Assembly (NCBI RefSeq): GCF_036365525.1
Contig: NC_090404.1
Location: 8,866,001 to 8,930,000 of the forward strand
Reading direction: 5' to 3'
Source: Heterodontus francisci
Lineage: Eukaryota
DNA: 64,000 nucleotides
The notes below the pieces were generated by a model, which ran no database searches, had not been told where the DNA came from, and saw only the letters and a list, made by a program, of their open reading frames with translations. Positions 12,692 to 25,200 of this stretch are shown here, piece after piece (the first letter of the stretch is position 1; each line of letters opens with the position of its first letter). Made by a program: the position numbers and the translations under genes.

Positions 12692-13299
12692 CAGTAGCTA
12701 TAAACTTTTCTGTCTTATGGGTGAACCCAGCTCTCCATTCCTCCGCCTGTCTCACCACACTCAAAGTAAATGTTTCTCCCGCAGGCTGTTGTTAATATCG
12801 CAACTGCTGGTTTACCAGTGAAACCTGCCGTCTGCTTCACTGCAAGTGTGAGAGACAGGTTTGTCGGTGCAGCCTAATGTACAATGAATGATGACACTTT
12901 AAAAGTGCGAATTTCCAGCCAAACCCCTGTCCCATCAAAACCGCTCAGTGTCACAGAATTAGAATGGCCACTTCTTGGCGGACCGATACCAGTTGGATCA
13001 CATCGAAGGGGATCTCGATGAGAATGATCTGATTAATTAGATTAGGGGCCAATTTAGGGAACTCCTCCTGAACGTTATTCGCAGCAAATTGAAAAGTTTT
13101 TTCCTGTGTGATTTGATCAATGAAATGTTTGTAAAAGACAACAGAAGAGAAAGATTGAGATTTTCAGTGTGGGACGGAAGTGAGATAATTGAACGGAGAA
13201 GCAACACATTCCCAACAAGAGCAGATACAGATGACTGGTCCAGGACAGGTCTCCCATCTTTTATTTCTTTACTGGCTCCATTAACAACGCTTTTGCCTT

Positions 13300-14084
13300 G
13301 AATCATCCTTTGTATATTGAAATTGTCTACTCTCTGGCAAGGCCAGAAGGATACATTCCATAGCTAAGAGGTGTCAATTACACCCATCCTGAACTCATCA
13401 AGAGACCTTTTTTGAGTTGAATAGGTTCTTCTGAACCAAAGAATATATGAAGTAGCCACATCCTGGGCCATTGTCGTTCACCACAGGGAGGAAGATCTGT
13501 ATCTCCCAACAGCAAGATGTGAGAGACTTCTAAATTAACCGCAGCTCTCTAGAGAGAAATTCAGGAGAAAGCATCACCAAAGCTTGTCCAGCTGAGAGCT
13601 GGGAGAAAATGAAGCAAGCCAAAAAGGAAGGCACTGTGAATTCTACATTTCAATATGTGCAGCAGAGAATTGGAAGTGATCCCCTGTCTTCGAACTGAAC
13701 TTTCAACCAACAGAGAAATTTACAAACACCTCAAGCCTGCAAGTGAAGGGAAATTGACCTCTGGGAAAGTTCAGCAGGTTTATTATGAATCCCAAACCTC
13801 ACTTCGAACCACTTACCCATTTTCCTCTCTATCCATCGCTTCTTGTGTGGGTATGCCAGTGAATCCATGAGTTGGTGTGGTTACGACGATTTTGGGATAA
13901 GGCACATTGTTCAATAAATAACCAATCCTCAGCTTTTAAACCTACAAGAACACCTGTCTCTTTCTGTTTATTTGACAAATAAAACGCAAAGGGGTTAAAA
14001 CGGGAATAACAAAAACACTTGCTCCGGTAGGGTGGGAGTTGAACAGTGAGAACCACTCACATCCGTCACCACGTGACCATAACA
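13300..14084 (+). mobile_element. Possible solo LTR / LTR 3' part (paralog at ~7950-8135)
   Basis: Contains AATAAA motifs and ends in ...CATAACA; repeated at 7990-8135; 5' boundary unclear. Confidence 0.3.
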
Positions 14085-14139
14085 CTGCGTAGACCTGCCT
14101 TGTGGTGCTAATTCCTCGGTATCCCTGTCCCATAGTTCT

Positions 14140-15048
14140 AATTTGCTGATGACACAAAAATGGGCGGTGTAGTTAACCGTGAGGAGGAAAGCCGTGGACT
14201 CCAGAATGATATCAATGGTTTAGTTGAGTGGGCGGAAAAGTGTCAAATGGAATTCAATCCAGAGAAGTGTGAGATGACGCATTTGGGGAGGGGAAATAAA
14301 GCGAGGGAATACACAATAAACGGGAGGATATTGAGAGGGGTAGAAGAAGTGAGAGACGTTGGAGTGCATGTCCACAGGTCCCTGAAGGTGGAGAACAGGT
14401 AGATAGAGTGGTGAAGAAGGCATATGGATTGCTTCCCTTTATTGACCGAGGTATAGAATACAAAAACTGGGATGTGATGCTGGAATTGTATAGAACGCTG
14501 GTTAGGCCACAGTTGCAGTATTGTGTACAGTTCTGGTCACCACATTACAGAAAGGACATAATTGCTCTGGAGAGAGTACAAAAGAGATTTACAAACATGT
14601 TACCAGGGCTTGAAGGTTGCAGCTATGTGGAAAGATTGGATAGGCTAGGGTTGTTTTCCCTGGAACTGAGGAGACTGAGGGGTGACATGAGTGAGGTGTA
14701 TAAAATTATGAAGGGCCTAGACAGAGTAGACAGGAAGGACCTGTTTCCCCTGGCGAGGAGGTCAATTACCAGGGGGCACAGATTTAAGGTGATTGGTAGA
14801 AGGACTAGAGGGGACATGAGGGGAAACATTTCCACCCAGAGGGTGGTGGGTGTCTGGAATTCTCTGCCAGGAATGGTGGTGGAGGCAGAGACCCTCAATT
14901 CTTTTAAAAGGTACTTGGACATATACCTGTAGTGCTATGGACCAGGTGCTGGAAGGTGGGATTAGTTTGGGTGGCTAGCTTAGTCAGCCAGCGCAGACAC
15001 AATGGGCTGAATGGCCTCCTTCTGTGCTGTACATTTTCTATGGTCCTA
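14140..15048 (+). mobile_element. 5'-truncated CR1 LINE
   Basis: FADDTK...VVKKAYG...CVQFWSPHY...RLRGD peptides and CR1 3' UTR. Confidence 0.92.
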
Positions 15049-15067
15049 ACTGCTTTGTTAGAATGAC

Positions 15068-15138
15068 TTGCTGGGCTGGAATTGGACCCGGGGTGCAGCA
15101 GTAAAAGCGCCAAATCCTAATCAACTAGACCACCAAGA
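15068..15138 (-). pseudogene. tRNA-Glu-derived pseudogene (paralog of 8852-8916)
   Basis: Reverse complement TCTTGGTGGTCTAGTTGATTAGGATTTGGCGCTTTTACTGCTGCACCCCGGGTCCAATTCC; flanks 8860-9570 and 15075-15750 are homologous. Confidence 0.7.
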
Positions 15139-16309
15139 AATAACATTTATCAACTTTGTGGACCCATTGTAGATATAATTGATGGTATCGGTGTTAATTT
15201 GGATATCACTTTGACTTTTTGTGCTGGATGTAAATCCATTTCATAACTGCTGCTTACATATTTATTTACATGCGTCTGTGTTCTTCGTTCATTTTTTCGG
15301 TTGAACCTGTCTTCTATCGAAGGTACTTTCTGTCTATTTATTTCTCTCTTACCTTTCATTTACACCTAAATACAGTTAGACACAACACAGATAAACAGAA
15401 ATACATTGAGAAATAACACACACATACACACACATTTATTCAGAATATTCATACTTCCACAATACATTTACAAGCATCACAGTATCAATTATCAATATTT
15501 ATATATTTAGAACCTGATGTATATTATAAAAATAAATGTTCATTTACAGCTGACACACATACAAAGCATCACACTCAGAACATTTGTATGGAAACATGAC
15601 AGCTACATACACACACTCAGTTTATATTGTCACACGGTCCCGTCAGAAGTTGAATAGTTTTTCACAAAGCTGCCCATCCTGTTGAGTATTCAAAGCAGTT
15701 TCCTACTTTCATAGCGGTGATTCTGGGACTCGGTGTGTGGAATTGGATGTGAAAGCTAAAGGAAATTCACCGCTCGTTCAATGTGTTTTAAACAGACAGA
15801 CAGGCAGACAATTGTATCGATTGTTTGCGACCTGATATTGTTTTATTATTGATGATCAATTGGAATTATCTGGAAAGTATCTGGATTTCCAAATCCCTTC
15901 ACATCCACAAGAGTCAGATTGACAAAACGTTCGCTCAGAGAATTAAATATTCTCACCTCTGTCTGTGTAAATAATATTTCGTGCATTGGAACAGCGACTA
16001 CAACTGAAACGTATTTCATTACCTATAAGACGCTTTTGGATGTCCCGAGGCCTTGAGAGGCGCTGCATAAATGAAAATCTCCCCCTTTCTATTATAAAAA
16101 TGCATTTTCGTCATCATGGTTTATCACTCTAGGGGTTACATTTATTGTCCGCCTGTTTCCACGGGGACCAGTAGAGTTTCTTCTTTCCATCTCTTTGGTT
16201 CACTCCGTCTATGGTTGGTGACCAGTCTCCACCTCCTGTGATGTTCTGCATTCCGTCTCCAATCTGCTCAGAGATTCTCTCGCTGAACAGGACACCCGCG
16301 GTCTTTCTT

Positions 16310-16810
16310 TTTATTCTTTCATGGGGTGTGAGAGTCTCTGGCAAGGCCAGCATTTATTGCCCATCCCTAATCGCCCTTGAGAAGGTGGTGGTGAGCTGCC
16401 TTCTTGAACTGCTGCAGTCCATTGGGTGTCGGTGCCTCCACAGTGCTGTTAAGAGAGGAGTTCCAGGATTTTGACCCAGAGACACTGAAGGAATGGCGAT
16501 ATAGTTCGAAGTCAGGATAGTGTATGGTATGAAGGGGAACATGGAGCTGGTGGTCTTCCCATGCGTCTGCTGCCCTTGTACTTCTAGGTGGCAGAGGTGG
16601 CGGGTGTGGAAGGTCCTGGCGAAGAGGACGAGGTGAGTTGCTGCACTGCATCTTGTAGATGATACACACTGCTGCCAGTTTGCACCAGTGGTGGAAGGAG
16701 TGAATGATTAAGGTGCTGGACGGGGTGCTGATCGAGCAGGCTGCTTTGTCCTGGATGGTGTCGAGCTGCTTGAGATGTTTGGAGCTGCACTCATTCAGGA
16801 AAGTAGAGAA
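16310..16810 (-). mobile_element. CR1/L2-group LINE 3' fragment (left arm of inverted duplication)
   Basis: LDTIQDKAAC...HHW...YKM.CS.SPR...SKSWNS...FKKAAHHHLL peptide. Confidence 0.8.
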
Positions 16811-16930
16811 CATGTACCTTGTAGATGGTAGAAAGGAGGGAAACGTGTAATAGGGAAAATGGAGCGGTGTGGAGGGGCTTTGGAGCAAGGAATTCAGCCA
16901 AGCCCAAGTTAGTGCATTCATTAGTCAAGA

Positions 16931-16936
16931 TTTATT
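16931..16936 (-). terminator. PolyA signal AATAAA downstream of the IgH TM exons
   Basis: TTTATT on plus strand, ~365 bp 3' of the putative TM2 acceptor. Confidence 0.4.
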
Positions 16937-17175
16937 AACAATTGCAAAAGGAATATTTTACATAAAAGACTTTTAAAAAATGGATCCAAAATGAATACAA
17001 CAACTGCACATCACATTGAGAACAGAACACATGTGGTCTGAACTGTCTGTAAAAATGTAACAGACCAGTGAGAGAAAAAGAGGGGCTCAATATAAAGTGA
17101 AGAAACAATTGTGAATAAGGAATAGTTACTTATTTACACATGAAGTTTAAACAACGGTGAAACTCGAAGATACAT

Positions 17176-17301
17176 TTACATTATAACCACGATTATCTCA
17201 AACATTTCAAACAGAAAAACGGAAATAATGTTTATGATTTTCCCAACGACAGATTCGGAACCATAAACTGAAGGAATTTTACTTTTACAGTTTTTCGTAA
17301 C
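17176..17301 (-). pseudogene. Putative IgH TM2 / cytoplasmic-tail exon; canonical VK-stop replaced by read-through
   Basis: Strong acceptor TTCTTTTATCCCTCTTTTCCAG|GTT ACG AAA, 144 bp after the TM1 donor. Phase-0 splicing gives VTKNCKSKIPSVYGSES...VVIM*. Confidence 0.5.
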
Positions 17302-17445
17302 CTGGAAAAGAGGGATAAAAGAATGAAACAGAGACTTCGTGATCCAGGAAATTCATCGCAGAGTTTTTTTTCATCTCCGAAACTTTTCGAGATTTGTTAA
17401 ACAGCTTCAGTCAAATTGAAGTGTGAGTGGATTGAATCTTCTCAC

Positions 17446-17573
17446 CTTCACCAGAGTGACGGCAGCACTGTAGAAAATACTCAGGAAGAACAGGATGATG
17501 AATGTGGAAGCGGTTGTCCAGATGTTGCCGCTCTCTTCCTCATTGTCTTCAATCCAGATGTGATCTGAGGAAT
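17446..17573 (-). CDS. IGHM: Immunoglobulin heavy-chain (IgM-like) transmembrane exon TM1, orphan in this window
   Basis: Acceptor TTTCCTCCTCTACATCCCCGTAG, phase-1 exon of 128 nt = (D)SSDHIWIEDNEEESGNIWTTASTFIILFFLSIFYSAAVTLVK, donor GTGAGA. Has the acidic spacer and the membrane-Ig motif W-T-T-x-x-x-F-x-x-L-F-x-L-S-x-x-Y-S-x-x-V-T. Confidence 0.88.
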
Positions 17574-17939
17574 CTACGGGGATGTAGAGGAGGAAATAGA
17601 TTTATATCATTTATTAGTCCAGGATATAAGATTTTTATTTCGCATTCGCAGTTCTCTTCCTTAAGCTATTATTTTGTTCTCTAATTTAATTTTCAATGTA
17701 GGTATTTTAAGTTAATCACTCTCAGTAATCTATTTCTGTTACAAACTCTACAGCTGTTCTTCCTTTATGATCCTCGTGCAGGCCGTGATAAAATATGTCA
17801 GGTTTTTTTTCAGTCGCTGACACTATTTTCTTTTGGATCAATTCGTTCTATCATCAGAGATTGTTATGGTGAGAGATACGGAGATCTCTGAACACATCTT
17901 CAAAATAATTGTTAACGATCAGTAAAACTCCCTCGATAT

Positions 17940-18618
17940 CTCAGCCAGGCAATGACCATAACCAACAAGAGGGAATCTAACCATCTCCCCTTGACGTTCA
18001 ACGACATTACCATCTCTGAATCTCCATCATCAACATCCTGGGAGTTAACATTAACAGGAAAATTAGCTGGAGTAGACAAATGAATACTGTGGATAAAAGA
18101 GCAGGTCAGAGGCTGGGAATTCTACGGCGAATAGCACATCTCCTGACTTCCCAAAGTCTGCCACCATCTACAAGGCACAAGTCAGGACTGTGATGGAATA
18201 CGCTTCACTTTCCCGAATGAATGCAGCTCTAACAAAACTCAAGAAGCTCGACACCATCCACTGGATCAGCACCCCGTCCACCACCTTAAACTTTCATTCT
18301 CTCCACCACTGGCGCACAGTGGCAGCAATGTATACCGTCTACAAGATGCACTGCAGCAGCTCACCTCGTACTCTTCGACAGCACCTTCCAAACCCGCCAC
18401 CTCTGTCCCCTAGAAGTACAAGGGTAGCAGACGCATGGGAACACCACCACCTGCAAGTTCCCCTCCAAGCCACACTCCCTCCTGACCTGGTACTATATCG
18501 CCGTTCCTTCACTGTCACTGGGTCAAAATCCTGGAACTCCCTTCCTAACAGCACAGTGGGTATACCTCACCCACATGGACTGCAGCGGTTCAAGAAGGCA
18601 GCTCACCACCACCTTCTC
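17940..18618 (+). mobile_element. CR1/L2-group LINE 3' part (right arm of inverted duplication; tail resumes at 19625)
   Basis: ORF 18190-18630 is homologous to 16367-16800 in the opposite orientation. Confidence 0.8.
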
Positions 18619-19624
18619 ATAAGAACATAAGAACTAGGAGCAGGAGTAGGCAATTCAGCCCCTCGAGCCTGTTCTGCCATTCAATATGATCATAGCTGAT
18701 CTCATCTTGGCCTCAACTCCACTCTCCTGCTCGTTCTCCATAACCCTTCAACCCATTACTAATTAAAAATCTGTCACTCTCCTCCTTAAATTTACTCAAT
18801 GTCCCGGCATCCACCACACTCTGGGATAGTGAATTCCACAGACTCACGACCCTTTGAGAGAATTAATTTCTTCTCATCTCGGTTTTAAATCTGCTACCCC
18901 TTATCCTAAAACTATGACCTCTCGTTCTACATTGCCCCACCAGAGGAAACATCCTCTCTACGTCTACTTTGTCAATCCCCTTAATCACCTTATATATCTC
19001 AATTAGATCTCCTCTCATTCTTCTAAACTCCAGAGAGTAAAGGCCTAAACTGCTCAATCTCTCTTCATAAGACAAACCCCTCATCTCTGGAATCAATCTA
19101 GTGAACCTCCTCTGAACTGCCTCCAATGCAACCACATCCCTCCTCAAGTAAGGGGACCAAAACTGTACACAATGCTCCAGGTGCGGTCTCACCAATGCCT
19201 TGTACAGTTGCAGCAACACTTCCCTACTTTTAGACTCTATTCCTTTCGCAATAAATGCCAAAATTCCATTTACCTTCCTGATCACCTGCTGCACCTGCAC
19301 ACTAGTTTTCTGCGATTCATGCACGAGGACACCCAGATCCCTCTGCACCGAAAAACTCTGAAGTTTCTCTCCATTTAGATAATAATTTGCCTTTCTATTC
19401 TTCTGACCAAAATGGACAACCTCACACTTATCCACGTTAAACTCCATCTGCCAAATCTTGGCCCATTCACTTAATCTATCCATATCCATTTGTAAATTTC
19501 TTATTTCATTGTTGAAACTTATTATCCCATCTATTTTAGGGTCATCCGCAAATTTTGCTATAGTACCTTCTATCCCTGCATCCAAGTCATTAATATAGAT
19601 TGTAAATAGTTGGCGCCCAAGGAC
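18619..19624 (-). mobile_element. 5'-truncated CR1 LINE nested in the preceding LINE
   Basis: 256-aa RT C-terminal ORF 18863-19633 (FADD); (TTCTTATG)n tail at 18619-18635. Confidence 0.92.
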
Positions 19625-19973
19625 CAAGGACAATTAGGATGGGCAGCAAATGCTGGCCTAACCAGCGATGTCCACATCCCAGAACAGAATACAAACAGAC
19701 TGCGGATTTCCTGTTGAGTGAAGAGAATCTCTGAGCAGATTGGAGACCAAATCCAGAACATCACAGGCGGTGGAGACTGGGCATCAGCCAAAGATGAATT
19801 GAACCAAACAAATGGAAAGAAGAAACTCCATTGGTCTCGGTGGAAGCAGGAGTACAATAGTGTAACCCCTAGCATGATATAGTACATGGAAGAAAATGTT
19901 TTTTATAATAGAAAGGGGGAATCTTATTTATGCGGCACCTTTCACGGCCTCGGGAAATCCAAAATTTAATAAG

Positions 19974-21087
19974 TTTCCTTTCATTGCAGCAGCTTTTTCG
20001 GGAGCAGAGTGCGAGCGAGTGAGCAGCTGGGAAGGTCAGTTTGAAAGTAAACTTAATTTCCTTTTGTTTTTGGCAGAGGCCAGGGGGCTGCTGGGTAAGT
20101 AAAACACTATATATTTGGGTGGTTTAAAATAACTTTCCTTTCATTGCAGCAGCTTTTTCGGGAGCAGAGAGTGCGAGCGAGTGAGCAGCTGGGAAGGTCA
20201 GTTTGAAAGTAAACTTAATTTCCTTTTGTTTTCGGCAGAGGCCAGGGGGCCGCTGGGTAAGTAAAACACTACATATTTGGGTGGTTTAAAATAACTTTCC
20301 TTTCATTGCAGCAGCTTTTTCGGGAGCAGAGTGCGAGCGAGTGAGCAGCTGGGAAGGTCAGTTTGAAAGTAAACTTAATTTCCTTTTGTTTTCGGCGGAG
20401 GCCAGGGGGCTGCTGGGTAAGTAAAACGCTCTTTATTTGGGCGGTTTAAAATAACTTTCCTTTCATTGCAGCAGCTTTTTCGGGAGCAGAGTGCGAGCGA
20501 GTGAGCAGCTGGGAAGGTCAGTTTGAAAGTAAACTTAATTTCCTTTTGTTTTCGGCGGAGGCCAGGGGGCTGCTGGGTAAGTAAAACGCTATATATTTGG
20601 GCGGTTTAAAATAACTTTCCTTTCATTGCAGCAGCTTTTTCGGGAGCAGAGTGCGAGCGAGTGAGCAGCTGGGAAGGTCAGTTTGAAAGTAAACTTAATT
20701 TCCTTTTGTTTTCGGTGGAGGCCAGGGGGCTGCTGGGTAAGTAAAACGCTATATATTTGGGCGGTTTAAAATAACTTTCCTTTCATTGCAGCAGCTTTTT
20801 CGGGAGCAGAGTGCGAGCGAGTGAGCAGCTGGGAAGGTCAGTTTGAAAGTAAACTTAATTTCCTTTTGTTTTCGGCGGAGGCCAGGGGGCTGCTGGGTAA
20901 GTAAAACGCTATATATTTGGGTGGTTTAAAATAACTTTCCTTTCATTGCAGCAGCTTTTTCGGGAGCAGAGTGCGAGCGAGTGAGCAGCTGGGAAGGTCA
21001 GTTTGAAAGTAAACTTAATTTCCTTTTGTTTTCAGCGGAGGCCAGGGGGCTGCTGGGTAAGTAAAACGCTATATATTTGGGCGGTTT
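19974..21087 (+). repeat. Seven ~160-bp tandem monomers forming the CR1 5' UTR
   Basis: Units start at ~19974, 20133, 20294, 20454, 20614, 20774 and 20934; nearly identical. Confidence 0.97.
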
Positions 21088-21264
21088 CTGAACCCGAGAC
21101 ACCACACTTGTAGTGTCTCCCACCCGCCCTCCTCCTCTAACCAAAAAAAAGGACTCGGTGGGGTGTATATAAGGTAAGGCTTTTTCTATTTCTCTGGTTT
21201 TATCGTGATTGGTAAAAACTTTTCATTCCTTTTTCATTTAACTAAGTTAAGCTTAAGATTAAAA

Positions 21265-22212
21265 ATGGCAGGAGATCTCAGACCCGTGTCATGCTCCTCT
21301 TGCTCAATGTGGGAGCTCAGGGACATGGCTGATGTCCCTGACTCATTCACGTGCAGGAAGTGTGTCCAACTGCAGCTCTTGTTAGACCGCATGACGGCTC
21401 TCGAGCTGCGGATGGACTCACTTTGGAGCATGCGCGATGCTGAGGAGGTCGTGGATAGCACGTTTAGTGAATTGGTCACACCGCAGATTAGGATTGCTGA
21501 GGGAGAAAGGGAATGGGTGACCAAAAGGCAGAGAAAGAGCAGGAAGGCAGCGCAGGAGTCCCCTGCGGTCATCTCCCTCCAAAACAAGTATACCGTTTTG
21601 GATACTGTTGAGGGAAATGGCTCACCAGGGGAAGGCAGCAGTAGCCAGGTTCATGGCACCGTGGCTGGCTCTGCTGTTCAGAAGGGCGGGAAAAAGAGTG
21701 GAAGGGCTATAGTCGTAGGGGATTCGATTGTAAGGGGAGTAGATAGGCGGTTCTGTGGCTGAAAACGAGGCTCCCGAATGGTATGTTGCCTCCCAGGTGC
21801 ACGGGTCAGGGATGTCTCAGATCGGCTGCAGAACATTCTAAAGGGGGAGAGTGAACAGCCAGTTGTCGTTGTGCACATAGGCACCAATGATATAGGTAAA
21901 AAACGGGATTAGGTCCTACAAGCAGAGTTTAGGGAGTTAGGAGCCAAGTTAAAAAGCAGGACCTCAGAGGTAGTAATCTCAGGATTGCTACCAGTGCCAC
22001 GTGATAGTCAGAGTAAAAATGAAAGAATAGTCAGGATGAATGCGTAGCTTGAGAGATGGTGCAGGAAGGAGGGGTTCAGATTTTTGGGACATTGGGACCG
22101 GTTCTGGGGGAGGTGGGACTATTACAAATTGGACGGTCTACACCTGGGCCGGACTGGAACCAATGTCCTTGGGGGTGCTTTTGCTAACACTGTTGGGGAG
22201 GGTTTAAACTAA
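21265..22212 (+). pseudogene. CR1 ORF1 (Cys-rich zinc finger / zipper + SGNH-GDSL esterase), three premature stops
   Basis: MAGDLRPVSCSSC...CRKC; IVVGDS, HIGTND and DGLH motifs. Stops at ~21760, ~21910 and ~22045. Final TAA overlaps the ORF2 ATG. Confidence 0.9.
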
Positions 22213-25200
22213 TGTGGCAGGGGGATGGGAACCAATTGAGGAGGTCAGTTGACAGGAAGGAGGTAGTAACAAAAGCCTGTAAGGAACTAGATAATGAAGT
22301 CAGTGTGACTAAGGGGAAGAGCAGGCAGGGAGCAGATGATGAATGTAAAGGGACTGGTGGTCTGAGGTGCATTTGTTTTAATGCAAGAAGTGTAGTAGGT
22401 AAGGCAGATGAACTTAGGGCTTGGATTAGTACCTGGGAGTATGATATTGCTATTACTGAGACTTGGTTAAGGGAAGGGCATGATTGGCAACTAAATATCC
22501 CAGGATATCGATGCTTCAGGCAGGATAGAGAGGGAGGTAAAAGGGGTGGAGGAGTTGCATTACTGGTCAAAGAAGATATCACAGCTGTGCTGAAGGAGGG
22601 CACTATGGAGGACTCGAGCAGTGAGGCAATATGGACAGAACTCAGAAATAGGAAGGGTGCGGTAACAATGTTGGGGCTGTACTACAGGCCTCCCAACAGC
22701 GAGCGTGAGATAGAGGTACAAATATGTAAACAGATTATGGAAAGATGTAGGAGCAACAGGGTGGTGGTGATAGGAGATTTTAATTTTCCCAACATTGACT
22801 GGGATTCACTTAGTGTTAGAGGTCTAGATGGAGCAGAATTTGTAAGGAGCATCCAGGAGGGTTTTCTAGAGCAGTATGTAAATAGTCCAACTCGGGAAGG
22901 GGCCATACTGGACCTGGTGTTGGGGAATGAGCCCGGCCAGGTGTTTCAAGTTTCAGTAGGGGACTACTTTGGGAATAGTGATCACAATTCCGTCAGCTTT
23001 AGAATACTCATGGACAAAGACGAGAGTGGTCCTAAAGGAAGACTGCTAAATTGGGGGAAGGCCAACTATACCAAAATTCGGCAGGAGCTGGAGAATGTAG
23101 ATTGGGAGCAGCTGTTTGAAGGTAAATCCACATTTGATATGTGGGAGGCTTTTAAAGAGAGGTTGATTAGCGTGCAGGAGAGACATGTTCCTGTGAAAAT
23201 GAGGGATAGAAATGACAAGATTAGGGAACCATGGATGACAGGTGAAATTGTGAGACTAGCTAAGAGGAAAAAGGAAGCATACATAAGGTCTAGGCGGCTG
23301 ATGAAAGACGAAGCTTTGAAAGAATATCGGGAATGTCGGACCAATCTGAAACGAGGAATTAAGAGGGCTAAAAGGGGTCATGAAATATCTTTAGCAAACA
23401 GGGTTAAAGAAAATCCCAAAGCCTTTTATTCATATATAAGGAGAAAGAGGGTAACTAGAGAAAGGATTGGCCCACTAAAGGACAAAGGAGGAATGTTATG
23501 CTTGGACTCAGAGAAAATGGGTGAGATTCTAAACGAGTACTTTGCATCGGTATTCACCGAGGAGAGGGACATGACGGATGTTGAGGTTAGGAACAGATGT
23601 TTGAGTACACTAGGTCAAGTCGGCATAAGGAGGGAGGAAGTGTTGGGTATTCTAAAGGGCATTAAGGTGGACAAGTCCCCAGGTCCGGATGGGATCTATC
23701 CCAGGTTACTGTGGGAAGCGAGAGAGGAAATAGCTGGGGCCTTAACAGATATCTTTGCAGCATCCTTAAACACGGGTGAGGTCCCGGAGGACTGGAGAAT
23801 TGCTAATGTTGTCCCCTTGTTTAAGAAGGGTAGCAGGGATAATCCAGGTAATTATAGACCGGTGAGCCTGACGTCAGTGGTAGGGAAGCTGCTGGAGAAG
23901 ATACTGAGGGATAGGATCTATTCCCATTTGGAAGAAAATGGGCTTATCAGTGATAGGCAACATGGTTTTGTGCAGGGAAGGTCATGTCTTACCAACTTAA
24001 TAGAATTCTTTGAGGAAGTGACAAAGTTGATTGATGAGGGAAGGGCTGTCGATGTCATATACATGGACTTCAGTCAGGTGTTTGATAAGGTTCCCCATGG
24101 TAGGCTGATGGAGAAAGTGAAGGCGCATGGGATCCAGGGTGTACTAGCTAGATGGATAAAGAACTGGCTGGGCAACAGGAGACAGAGAGTAGCAGTAGAA
24201 GGGAGTTTCTCAAAATGGAGACGTGTGACCAGTGGTGTTCCACAGGGATCCGTGCTGGGACCACTGTTGTTTGTGATATACATTAATGATTTGGAGGAAA
24301 GTATAGGTGGACTGATTAGCAAGTTTGCAGACGACAGTAAGATTGGTGGAGTAGCAGATAGTGAAGGGGACTGTCAGAGAATACAGCAGAATATAGATAG
24401 ACTGGAGAGTTGGGCAGAGAAATGGCAGATGGAGTTCAATCAGGGCAAATGCGAGGTGATGCGTTTTGGAAGAGCCAATTCAAGAGTGAACTATACAGTA
24501 AATGGAAAAGTCCTGGGGAAAATTGATGTCCAGAGAGATTTGGGTGTTCAGGTCCACTGTTCCCTGAAGGTGGCAACGCAGGTAAATAGAGTGGTCAAGA
24601 AGGCATACGGCATGCTTTCCTTCATCGGACGGGGTATTGAGTACAAGAGTTGGCAGGTCATGTTACAGTTGTATAGGACTTTGGTTCGGCCACATTTGGA
24701 ATACTGCGTGCAGTTCTGGTCGCCACATTACCAAAAGGATGTAGATGCTTTGGAGAGGGTGCAGAGGAGGTTCACCAGGATGTTGCCTGGTATGGAGGGC
24801 GCTAGCTATGAAGAGAGGTTGAGTAGATTAGGATTATTTTCATTGAAAAGACGGAGGTTGAGGGGGGACCTGATTGAGGTGTACAAAATCATGAGAGGTA
24901 TAGACAGGGTGGATAGCAAGAAGCTTTTTCCCAGAGTGGGGGATTCAATTACTAGAGGACACGAGTTCAAAGTGAAAGAGGAAAAGTTTAGGGGGGATAT
25001 GCGTGGAAAGTTCTTTACGCAGAGGGTGGTGGGTGCCTGGAACGCGTTGCCAGCGGAGGTGGTAGATGCGGGCACGATGGCGTCTTTTAAGATGTATCTA
25101 GACAGATACATGAATGGGCAGGAAGCAAAGAGATACAGACCCTTAGAAAATAGGCGTCATGTTTCGATAGAGGATCTGGATCGGCGCAGGCTTGGAGGGC

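Noticed and set aside
19974-21087. 160-bp array as CRISPR or an independent satellite
   Set aside because: No variable spacers, and it lies inside the TSD of the CR1.
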